64,000 bases of DNA from Candidatus Dojkabacteria bacterium (GTDB lineage Bacteria; Patescibacteriota; Dojkabacteria; SC72; JAFGCJ01): contig JAFGIK010000003.1 in assembly GCA_016929645.1 (NCBI GenBank), positions 6,913-70,912 on the forward strand, given 5' to 3'. The notes beneath the pieces were generated by a model. The model was not told the origin of the DNA, searched no databases, and worked only from the letters and a program-made list of their open reading frames with translations. Position 1 is the stretch's first letter; every line of letters starts with the position of its first letter. Positions 1 to 8,824 of this stretch are shown here, piece by piece. Made by a program: the position numbers and the translations under genes.

Positions 1-171
1 ACTTACAATTCAATATCCTCATAAGGGAATTATTCGAATGATAATAAAAAAATATTGACAGGTTGAATTATTCTTGAAATCTTGACTTTTTAGCCAAATA
101 GTTCAAAATCAGAAAATATTTGATAACAGAAAGTCGTTCTATATTGGACTTAATTTTATAAAGTAATACAA

Positions 172-1038
172 ATGAAGATAGCAGTGATCGGTTCAGAAGG
201 TTACGTTGGTAATGCGTTTTGTGAAATGGTAAAAAAACATTACGATGTTGTGAGATATGACTTAAAGTTAGAGGATAAGAATTCAACTGTAAAAGAGGTA
301 AATTCTGCAGATCTTGCAGTAATTGCCTTGCCTACACCTATGTCTCGTACCGAATTTATCGAAGTGGATGGGCTAAAAGTTTATAAATGTGATACTTCTA
401 TTCTCGAAGATGCAATTAAATGGATTGAAACTCCTGTTATTCTTATAAAAAGTACAATCCCTGTAGGGACTGTTGATAGGCTGAAGAAAGAAACAGGTAA
501 ACGGATTGTTTTCAGTCCTGAATACGTAGGGGAAACAAAGTATAGAGTAAATCCAGAACTAAATTTTCATACAGACATGGGTGCAACGCCATTTTTTATT
601 TTGGGTGGAGATGAAGAAGACTGTAATTATATTTTAGACATGCTTGTGCCTGTTTTAGGTCCTCAAAAGAAATATTATAAGGTGTCTGCTAAGACAGCAG
701 AATTTATTAAATACAAAGAAAATGACTATTTTGCCCATAAAGTTATATGGGCAAACGAGGCTAGGCAACAAGCTGAAGCTTTGGGTGTAGATTGGTATGA
801 GGCTTGGCAAGGTTGGGCTCTTGATCCTAGAGTTGACCCGATGCATACTGGAGTGTTCAAAGGCGACGAAGGATTCGCTGGATCTTGTTTTCCTAAGGAC
901 ACGAATGCTTTATGTTATTCTTTAATGGAAAAAGGTTTTAAATCTGATTTCCAAATTGCCATGCTTAAGAAGAATCTTAAGCTAAAAAAATGTAAAGATT
1001 ATCAAGAGCTGTCTGGTCGTAAGAAAAATCACAATTAA
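172..1038 (+). CDS. Short UDP-glucose/GDP-mannose dehydrogenase family protein
   Basis: Rossmann start MKIAVIGSEGYVG, IKSTIPVGT, FSPEY, catalytic GFAGSCFPKD; 288 aa, apparently lacking the C-terminal UDP-binding domain. Confidence 0.85.
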   Translation: MKIAVIGSEGYVGNAFCEMVKKHYDVVRYDLKLEDKNSTVKEVNSADLAVIALPTPMSRTEFIEVDGLKVYKCDTSILEDAIKWIETPVILIKSTIPVGTVDRLKKETGKRIVFSPEYVGETKYRVNPELNFHTDMGATPFFILGGDEEDCNYILDMLVPVLGPQKKYYKVSAKTAEFIKYKENDYFAHKVIWANEARQQAEALGVDWYEAWQGWALDPRVDPMHTGVFKGDEGFAGSCFPKDTNALCYSLMEKGFKSDFQIAMLKKNLKLKKCKDYQELSGRKKNHN

Positions 1039-1062
1039 GTTTTATAGAAGTATATATGAGTC

Positions 1063-1764
1063 GTGAACCTTCCATTTTTTAAGAAAAAAATAGCAATTTA
1101 TACTGCGATTTTTGGCGACGATTATGATTTTCTCAAGCCTCAGCCAAGGTTTCCGAATGTTGATTATTTCTGTTTTACTGATAATAAATCTACGAATTCT
1201 GATTTATTTAAAATTATCCATTTTGTTCCAACATCTGAGGATCCTGTTCGTAGTGCGAAGCTATTTAAGGTTGTTCCTCATTTGTTTCTTCCTGAATATG
1301 AATACACTATTTGGATAGATGCAACCGTAGTTATGAAGGATTATTCATTTATCAACTTGTTTCTAGACAAATTGCAAACTGCAGAAATTTCGTTTGTTAA
1401 GCACCCGGAAAGGAATTGTGTATATGAGGAGGCGAAAGCTTGTATTGAATTGAAAAAGGATAATAAAGAAGTGATAAATGCCCAAATGCTAAAATATACG
1501 AAAGAAGGTTATCCTAAGAATTACGGATTATTAGCTGGGGGTATAATCGCTAGAAAAAACAAATCGATGAAAATCATCAAATTCAATGAGCTTTGGTGGA
1601 ATGAAATTTTGCATAATAGTCGTAGAGATCAATTGAGTCTAGTATATTCTCTTTGGAAATTGGGTATTATACCTGGAGTTGTTGATGTTGAACTTCTTCA
1701 AAACGAATATTTTTACAATGACTATCTTGGAAGAAAAGAATTTAGAAACAAAAAATATGCTTAA
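1063..1764 (+). CDS. DUF616/TOD1-MUCI70-like glycosyltransferase domain protein
   Basis: IYTAIFGDDYD, CFTD, IWIDA, HPERNCVYEE, RRDQLS motifs; GTG start. Confidence 0.8.
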   Translation: MNLPFFKKKIAIYTAIFGDDYDFLKPQPRFPNVDYFCFTDNKSTNSDLFKIIHFVPTSEDPVRSAKLFKVVPHLFLPEYEYTIWIDATVVMKDYSFINLFLDKLQTAEISFVKHPERNCVYEEAKACIELKKDNKEVINAQMLKYTKEGYPKNYGLLAGGIIARKNKSMKIIKFNELWWNEILHNSRRDQLSLVYSLWKLGIIPGVVDVELLQNEYFYNDYLGRKEFRNKKYA

Positions 1765-3073
1765 TCAAGTTGAAATTTCCAAGGAGCCTACACTAATTTC
1801 TGGGAAAAATCATTATTTACTCACTGATAAGAAACGGTTATGGCAGTGCTACATTGATGATTATGTAAATAATTTGGTAACAGAAGAGTCGTTCGATTCA
1901 CTTTATGGTCAGATTATAAAAAAAATCATTATTGATAATTTACAGATCTTTAAACATAAATCTCAGGAAATGAGACTTCCGTCGGTACCGTTAGTTTCAA
2001 TAATTGTTGTTAACTGGAATGGAGAGAAATATCTAGATGATTTTTTTAATTCACTATTAGTGCAAACGTATAAGAATTTTGAAGTCATTTTTGTTGATCA
2101 TGCTTCCATTGATAATTCTATAAGTATAGCTAAAAGCTACATTAATAAGGGTCTAGATGTAAAGATCATCAGGAGGAACAGGAATTATGGGTTTTCTCCT
2201 GGTAATAATCTTGGTGTCCTTCGCTCGAAAGGCAAGGTATTATTCTTATTAAATAATGATGTCAAACTTGATGAAAATTGTATTAACAATGCCTTATTTG
2301 CGATGCAAACTTATAAATGTAAAAAACTTGGTGCTATATTTCCGAAAGTTCTTTTTTGGGACAGACCTGGAGTAATTAACTCATTGGAGGCGAAGTGGAA
2401 TCACTTATACCAATGGATAGACTATTGTAATGGGAAGATTGATTGTAACGAAGATAACTCTATGAAGAAAATTTTCGGGACGATCTTCCCGGCTGTTTTT
2501 ATCGAGAGACAAACATTTATTGATATTGGTCTATTTGACAATATTTTCTTCAGTTACGCTGAAGATATGGATATTTCCTATCGCTTAAATGTACTTGGAT
2601 ACACAAATATTAGTGTGCCTTTTTCTTTTTTATATCATAAATATAGATCTTCTTCTCAAGAAAAAGTTCAGACTGAATTTTCGGTGTTTTGGGGGGTAAG
2701 AAATTATCTTTTTGTTTTGTTGAAAAATATGGAATTTATCCACCTCGCTAGAGTTTTTCCAAAGTTTTTTAAACGGATTGTTGTTAAACCTATGTACTAT
2801 AGTCTATTAAATTGTCAGTACAAAAGATTTTTTACATACGTAAAAATAATTTTAAGTGCAATTTTTTATACTCCATATGTGTTGTTTCAAAGATGGAAGA
2901 TAAATAAAAAGAGGGTTTGGAGTGATGATGAGTTTTTTGATCCTAAGGCTCGTGAAAATTATGATATATTTTTCTTTAATTCAAAGCCTGTAATAAGTAA
3001 ACTAAGTATAGATTCAGCGTTAAAAGGAAGTCAAAAATATGATGTATCAGGTATTGAATACGAGACTTATTAG
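1757..3073 (+). CDS. GT2 family glycosyltransferase (rhamnosyltransferase-like)
   Basis: VSIIVVNWNG, VDHASIDNS, NYGFSPGNNLG, LLNND, YAEDMDISYR; ATG 1757 overlapping the upstream gene end preferred over 1679. Confidence 0.85.
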   Translation: MLNQVEISKEPTLISGKNHYLLTDKKRLWQCYIDDYVNNLVTEESFDSLYGQIIKKIIIDNLQIFKHKSQEMRLPSVPLVSIIVVNWNGEKYLDDFFNSLLVQTYKNFEVIFVDHASIDNSISIAKSYINKGLDVKIIRRNRNYGFSPGNNLGVLRSKGKVLFLLNNDVKLDENCINNALFAMQTYKCKKLGAIFPKVLFWDRPGVINSLEAKWNHLYQWIDYCNGKIDCNEDNSMKKIFGTIFPAVFIERQTFIDIGLFDNIFFSYAEDMDISYRLNVLGYTNISVPFSFLYHKYRSSSQEKVQTEFSVFWGVRNYLFVLLKNMEFIHLARVFPKFFKRIVVKPMYYSLLNCQYKRFFTYVKIILSAIFYTPYVLFQRWKINKKRVWSDDEFFDPKARENYDIFFFNSKPVISKLSIDSALKGSQKYDVSGIEYETY

Positions 3074-4392
3074 GTGAGCTTTACAAGGCTCGTATACAAA
3101 TCCAGAATTTTTGAATTTTGTTCGTCAACCATCTCTATTTTGGTAGTAAATATTTCTTTTTGCATTTCTTTGTAAATATTTCGATCTTTGATAAAAGGCT
3201 CAATTGCTTGTATAAGTTCTTGCTCGAGTTGTTTATCGTGATTTGAACACCAATTAACAAGGATTGAGTTTTTATTATGTCTTACAATATTTTTTACTCC
3301 CCCTGCATTTGTAGCTATTACTGGAATTCCTCGTACAAGTGCTTCCCTGACTATTAGCCCGTAAGATTCTTTTACGACAGATGGTGCTAATAGTATATCA
3401 ATTTTATGAAAAACTTCGTTATCAATATTCTCAATGCTGTATCTTGTGTGAAACTCTATTGTTTTTGGAAGAAGAATTCTTCTCAATTCCCGAAGTATGT
3501 TGAATATAAATTTATCTTTAGTTTGTGGATGGTTATATATATGAAGCTGTAATCTGTTAGGATATTTTCTGCTTAATTCTTTTACTGCATTTATACATGC
3601 ATCTGATCCTTTTGTAACATTTTCTCCGGAAACAAACCCTAGATTGATCCTGTTTCCCAAATCTCTGTTCTTGTAGTACTTAATCTCTTCTGCTTTGGGA
3701 AATTGAACACCGACTGGTATTGAAATAAGCTTATTTTTAAAACCTATATTTGACTCAATGTCATTGCAGAATGATTTTGAAACACATATTATTTTGTCAA
3801 CTTTTTCTAGTATTGACTTAAGGTAATTATCTCTCTCTTGTATAAATTTCTCTGGGATTAATCCTTTGGTTTTCATGAAATCCTCAAAAAAGTATATAGA
3901 TTTTAGTTCTTCGTTTTTATCGATAATTTGATTTCTAAAAGGATAACCATTTGGTTTTAGCATAAATTCCCATGTTGAAAGCCACCAATAATCATGCATT
4001 GTTAATATTATAGGTATTTTTGGGAAGTTTTCTTTTAGAACTTTTACTGCATTTGCACCAATTACTTTGATTGAATGAAGATGGATGATGTCTGGTTTAA
4101 TCTTTTTTACAAGATCAATTAAAGGTTGACCTATTGATGGGTTGACATAATCCTCAATAGTATACATGTATTTTTTGTCTGTTAATGAGGATTCATGACA
4201 GGGTAAAAAATAACGTTTAATTTTGTTATGCGTGATCTCTGTTATGTGTTGCTCCGAAGAATCTTTATTTAATGAGATAATATTAACTTTGTGCTTGTTT
4301 TCTAATAAAAATCGAGATAAAAGTTCTATATGAGTTGAAACTCCATTAACGTATAAAGGGGCCGCACTATTGTGGATAAATAATATTTTCAT
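3070..4392 (-). CDS. GT4 family glycosyltransferase
   Basis: MKILFIHN start, PDIIHLHS, TMHDYWW, ESYGLIVREA, PVIATNAGG. Confidence 0.88.
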   Translation of the reverse strand: MKILFIHNSAAPLYVNGVSTHIELLSRFLLENKHKVNIISLNKDSSEQHITEITHNKIKRYFLPCHESSLTDKKYMYTIEDYVNPSIGQPLIDLVKKIKPDIIHLHSIKVIGANAVKVLKENFPKIPIILTMHDYWWLSTWEFMLKPNGYPFRNQIIDKNEELKSIYFFEDFMKTKGLIPEKFIQERDNYLKSILEKVDKIICVSKSFCNDIESNIGFKNKLISIPVGVQFPKAEEIKYYKNRDLGNRINLGFVSGENVTKGSDACINAVKELSRKYPNRLQLHIYNHPQTKDKFIFNILRELRRILLPKTIEFHTRYSIENIDNEVFHKIDILLAPSVVKESYGLIVREALVRGIPVIATNAGGVKNIVRHNKNSILVNWCSNHDKQLEQELIQAIEPFIKDRNIYKEMQKEIFTTKIEMVDEQNSKILDLYTSLVKLT

Positions 4393-4516
4393 ATATGGAA
4401 CAATAAATTTTGTCGTGCTAGAATGGGTAAACTTATAGGTATATTTTAACATAGTACATTTTTTTTGTAATGCACTATGCGTATCTAGTTTGGATTAGTT
4501 TTGCATCTGAAACCTG

Positions 4517-5980
4517 ATGAAGCACAAAAAAGAATTAAATAATAATGAAGAAAACTTTCAGAAGATTTTTACGATTTGCCTGTTTGCTTTGTTTGGAGTT
4601 ATTTTGTTTGTTCGGACAATATTAATAACTAATCATAGTGACTTTCTAAATACTTATAAGTACTTTACCAATGACAGTTATATGTGGATTGCTAATGGCA
4701 TATACTATTTTCGCGACAAAGCTATTGCGTATCCTAACCTAGGTTTGTCATTAGTAATCAAAATTTTATGGAATATCAAAGCGATAAGTATCCTTCCTTA
4801 TATATATTCCAGTATGCTTTTTTTGATAATCTTTTTTGTAAACAGATCTATTTATATACTAAATAAGAAAAAGAATGCTTTTTTTGTCTCGACTGTGGTC
4901 ACTATTGCAATGATGATTAATTATGATTTACTAGACTTTTCAAAGTATATTCTTGCGGATATCTTTGCTCATGCCTTTATTGCTATTTCGACTTATTTTG
5001 CAATAAAGAAGAAATTAAATTTGACCTTTCTTTTTTTAGGAATATCTGCACTTTTTCAAAATTATGCCTATTTTATAGCAACGATTTGGATCTTTCTTTC
5101 ATTCTGGGAATTTTTTAAGGAGAAAAAGCTAGATTTTAAATCATCGATTAAGAAAACTTTTTTGCTTGGCTTTGTATTTATCATCCCTAATTTACCTGTT
5201 CTTCTATATAAATTTATTGAATTTGGTAATCCTCTCTACACTAAGGTTATTCAGTTCCAACTCTTAGATTTTCATACAGATTCGATATTTTTTTATATTG
5301 TAAATCTAATTGATATCTACACTTTTCCTGTTATCTGTTTAGTCTTGTTTATGATAGCTATTCATGCGTTTCAAGGAAAATTTTTCAAATTTAAGTATCT
5401 TTATTCTGGATTATTGTGGGGGCTGTTTTTTTGGATATTCTGCTACGACTGGAATGATAAACGCTTTATGCTATATATACTACCCTTTGTTTACTTGATT
5501 GCTGGCAATGCAATGTCATATATTATTAATTTGATGGAAAAACTAAAGGATATAAGAGGGGCATTTTTGTTTTTCTTAATATCTATTCTATTTCTTCATT
5601 CTTTCAATAATGTTTCAGGATTCTTGACTCCTAATCAGGTTGTATTATTTCCTGATCTATCGGTAGCTTTTGAAAGACACCACAACGGTTCGAGTGGTGA
5701 TAATATAGATACATCTTTCGAGTTTCAGACGTGTAGCTATAAATCTATTGTAGAAAGAACAATTATAATTGATGAGTTCTCTAATAAAGATTTTTATCAG
5801 GGTTCCAAAAATGTATTTTATGTATACAGTGAATTTATTGATGATCGATATGATTATAAGAATAATTCAATATGTATATTACCAGAAGAGGACTTTGACA
5901 TGTATGTATTTAATTCTGTACTGAAAATTAAAACAGGAAAGTATTTAACAGATTTAGAATTGATTGAGAATTGTAAGTAA
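4517..5980 (+). CDS. Polytopic membrane protein, probable GT-C fold glycosyltransferase
   Basis: About 10-12 hydrophobic segments, N-terminal TNDSY loop, KRFMLYILPF motif, glycan-cluster context. Confidence 0.6.
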   Translation: MKHKKELNNNEENFQKIFTICLFALFGVILFVRTILITNHSDFLNTYKYFTNDSYMWIANGIYYFRDKAIAYPNLGLSLVIKILWNIKAISILPYIYSSMLFLIIFFVNRSIYILNKKKNAFFVSTVVTIAMMINYDLLDFSKYILADIFAHAFIAISTYFAIKKKLNLTFLFLGISALFQNYAYFIATIWIFLSFWEFFKEKKLDFKSSIKKTFLLGFVFIIPNLPVLLYKFIEFGNPLYTKVIQFQLLDFHTDSIFFYIVNLIDIYTFPVICLVLFMIAIHAFQGKFFKFKYLYSGLLWGLFFWIFCYDWNDKRFMLYILPFVYLIAGNAMSYIINLMEKLKDIRGAFLFFLISILFLHSFNNVSGFLTPNQVVLFPDLSVAFERHHNGSSGDNIDTSFEFQTCSYKSIVERTIIIDEFSNKDFYQGSKNVFYVYSEFIDDRYDYKNNSICILPEEDFDMYVFNSVLKIKTGKYLTDLELIENCK

Positions 5981-6889
5981 TCATTTAAAGACTTTGTGTT
6001 TCGCAGCTCTGAATTTTTTAAACAAGGTCCATATTGATTTGTAAAAAGATGAATTTTGTAAAATATCAAATTCCATAAGTTCTCTTTGATATTTTTCCTT
6101 TTCTCTCATAAGTTCTGCGTTTTGTTTCTTTATTAACAGAAAAGATTTGTCAGCGACTAACATTGGTTTAAATTTGATGTTTATCTCTTCCCTTTTTACT
6201 ATCTTGTCTGATGGTTTAACTCTAAATATATATTGATAAGCTTGTGATTGAATGTCGCTTAATTTATTTACAAATCTGCTAGAAATCTTTAATCCTACAT
6301 TTTCCAACATTGATTTGATAATTTCTCTTGGTACATCTCTTTCAACATATTTTTTTTCAACTATTATATAGCCGGATTCTTTTAAAATATCTGAAAAGGA
6401 TTTCAGTGTGAAATAATGTAAGTGTGTATTATCTAAGATTCCCGTTAATTCAGGGTCGAAACTACCATTCAATAGTTCTAATCTGATAGATTGATGTGCG
6501 ATATTTGGTATAGATATAAGAATTTCCCCGTTAGGGTTTAGTATTTTTTTTGTATTCATAAGGATTCGGCTTGGATTTACTGTATGTTCAAGAACATCCG
6601 CAAATATTACATAGTCAAATTTTTCTTTTATCAGATCGAAAGTTATATCCTCATCAAGACTATTTGTCCAGACCTTTTTACAAATTTTTTGAGCCTTTTG
6701 CGCAACGGATTTATTGATTTCTAGGCCGTAAACTTCGCATTTTTTATTTTCTTTTAGTAATTTGCATAGACTTCCTGAATCACAACCCATATCTATTATG
6801 CGAGTAGATTCTGCAACCCAGTTATATATAATACTTAAGGAATCATTAGAATTATCAAGATCTATTTTTCGAACAGAGTACTTACTCAT
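5981..6889 (-). CDS. Class I SAM-dependent methyltransferase with C-terminal coiled coil
   Basis: IIDMGCDSG, FDYVIFADVLEH, ISIPNIAH, GILDNTHLHYFT. Confidence 0.88.
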   Translation of the reverse strand: MSKYSVRKIDLDNSNDSLSIIYNWVAESTRIIDMGCDSGSLCKLLKENKKCEVYGLEINKSVAQKAQKICKKVWTNSLDEDITFDLIKEKFDYVIFADVLEHTVNPSRILMNTKKILNPNGEILISIPNIAHQSIRLELLNGSFDPELTGILDNTHLHYFTLKSFSDILKESGYIIVEKKYVERDVPREIIKSMLENVGLKISSRFVNKLSDIQSQAYQYIFRVKPSDKIVKREEINIKFKPMLVADKSFLLIKKQNAELMREKEKYQRELMEFDILQNSSFYKSIWTLFKKFRAAKHKVFK

Positions 6890-6957
6890 TATTAGCCATT
6901 TACAAATATTTTTATGATATCATTGATAATATCATATATTAATCTCTTGAATAAATA

Positions 6958-7827
6958 ATGAAACGAAAAAAAATCCTAATTCTTGCAGATGCTCCGGGTT
7001 GGGTTGTTGATAAGTTTACTGATATCATGATTTCTCGAATGGATTTTGATTTCACTAAGCGATTTTATACTCAAATTTCATCAGAAGAGTTTATGGAAAT
7101 TTCTCCAAATTTTGATTTGATTCATTATCAGAATTGGGATATTCAGTATCATTTAGATGTTCTTAAGAGTATAAAGACTCCAAAGCTGGTGTCAGTGCGT
7201 TCCCATAGATATAATGATATTTTTGAGAATAACTATGGAATATTCGAAAATGTTCATGTTATAAATCCCGTCTTAGTTAAGGAATTTCCTGGTTCGACTT
7301 TTATCCCTGATGGAGTTGATGTGGATTTATTTAAGCCTAAACATAAATTTATCGTCGGTGGAGTAGGGAAAAAAGTTGATTATAACAACGAGTGTAAAGG
7401 CCTTTATCTTATCAAGCAGGCTTGTGATGAACTTGGTATTGAATTCAGACCTGCTGAAGGACAGTTTAAATATGAGGAAATGCCTGAATATTATAATTCT
7501 ATTGATGTATTGGTTTGCGCATCTTCTCGTATTGAAGGTCAATTTGCAGCTATTTTTGAATGTATGGCTATGAATAAACCCGTGATTACAGTTGATATAA
7601 ATTCTGTTCTAGATTTAAATCTGGTAAAAGTTGATCGTTCAGTAGAGGGTATAAAAGAAGGTATCCTCAAATTTTATAATAGACCTTTGATAGAAAAGCA
7701 ATATAGCTGGGAAGTTGTGTGTGAAAATTTTACTGATCTTTACAATGATACTATGATACAAACTGAATGTATTAATGATCGGATTGGTCTTTTGAAAAAG
7801 ATTTTCAGAAAAAGGTCTCGGGGATAG
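6958..7827 (+). CDS. GT4-like glycosyltransferase
   Basis: IPDGVDVDLFKP, YYNSIDVLVCAS, ECMAMNKPVIT, YSWE. Confidence 0.75.
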   Translation: MKRKKILILADAPGWVVDKFTDIMISRMDFDFTKRFYTQISSEEFMEISPNFDLIHYQNWDIQYHLDVLKSIKTPKLVSVRSHRYNDIFENNYGIFENVHVINPVLVKEFPGSTFIPDGVDVDLFKPKHKFIVGGVGKKVDYNNECKGLYLIKQACDELGIEFRPAEGQFKYEEMPEYYNSIDVLVCASSRIEGQFAAIFECMAMNKPVITVDINSVLDLNLVKVDRSVEGIKEGILKFYNRPLIEKQYSWEVVCENFTDLYNDTMIQTECINDRIGLLKKIFRKRSRG

Positions 7828-7863
7828 TACTTCTTTCAAGAGAGGTTACGCTTTATTATTATT

Positions 7864-8727
7864 TCAGTTCTTTTTGAATAGATTTCGAGTCTTTGTATAG
7901 GTTTTCCACACGAGTGTATTTTCCATGTTTTGAATTTTCTGTTCTTTCTCATTAATTATTCCTAATAATTCTTCCTTATCTCTATCATTATTTTTGGAAT
8001 TTGCTAAATTAGAAATTTTTAGTATCTTCTCTAATAATTCATGGTTTCCTTGGGCCTTTATATATACAGCATGTCTTTTTTGATTAAATGGATTGAATGC
8101 TAGTACAAATCCAGAGTTTTCTATCTTCGTGATATCTATTGGTATATGATGCTCTTCAAATAATAGTATTTGTATCTTATCAAGAGCTTGGACAGATAAA
8201 TTTTTTATAATTTCTGCCTCGTATCCTTCAAGGTCTAGCTTTAGCATGAAAATAGATTTATCCGATTCTTCTATGATTCGATTTAGATTCACAACCTTTA
8301 CGGTTTGATACACAGTTGTGTCGCTTTTATCACTTTTGGATAGAGTGAAACGTCCAGTATGGCCTGAATCAATGGTTCCGTACAGTTTAGCTTCTGTATC
8401 CTTGGTTCCGAGGGCTTCGTTAAAGATACTTATTCGCTTAATGTCTTTCGTATTCTCTTTTAGAATTTTGAAATTTTCTAAATTAGGTTCATATGAAAGG
8501 AGATTGGCTCTTTGGGTTAAAAGGGCAGTCATCAATGTGAATGTTCCTATATGAGCACCACCATCTATTATAATTGAAGGTTTATCGGGTTCAAGTTTAC
8601 AAAGCTCTTTTAAGAAAAACATGTCATAATCAATAACTTCTGGTATTGTGAACTTTATGTCATCGGTGTTTTCCCTGTAATTGATCTTTGTTTTTAATCT
8701 TCCTATTTTTCTTGTCGTTGTAGGCAC
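7864..8727 (-). CDS. FkbM family methyltransferase
   Basis: IIDGGAHIGTF, YEPNLEN, LKLDLEGYE; C-terminal coiled coil ending WKTY. Confidence 0.88.
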   Translation of the reverse strand: MPTTTRKIGRLKTKINYRENTDDIKFTIPEVIDYDMFFLKELCKLEPDKPSIIIDGGAHIGTFTLMTALLTQRANLLSYEPNLENFKILKENTKDIKRISIFNEALGTKDTEAKLYGTIDSGHTGRFTLSKSDKSDTTVYQTVKVVNLNRIIEESDKSIFMLKLDLEGYEAEIIKNLSVQALDKIQILLFEEHHIPIDITKIENSGFVLAFNPFNQKRHAVYIKAQGNHELLEKILKISNLANSKNNDRDKEELLGIINEKEQKIQNMENTLVWKTYTKTRNLFKKN

Positions 8728-8772
8728 AGCAGCAGATTACTTAAAAATTATTATTGAAGAGTTTTATAATAA

Positions 8773-8819
8773 AAGCTTTCCGACAAATATATAAAAGTTG
8801 GGAAGCTTCTATTTTTTTT
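8773..8819. terminator. Terminator-like hairpin
   Basis: aagctttccgac/gttgggaagctt stem followed by a T-run on +; pairs better on + (G-U) although both flanking genes are on -. Confidence 0.4.
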
Positions 8820-8824
8820 GTATT

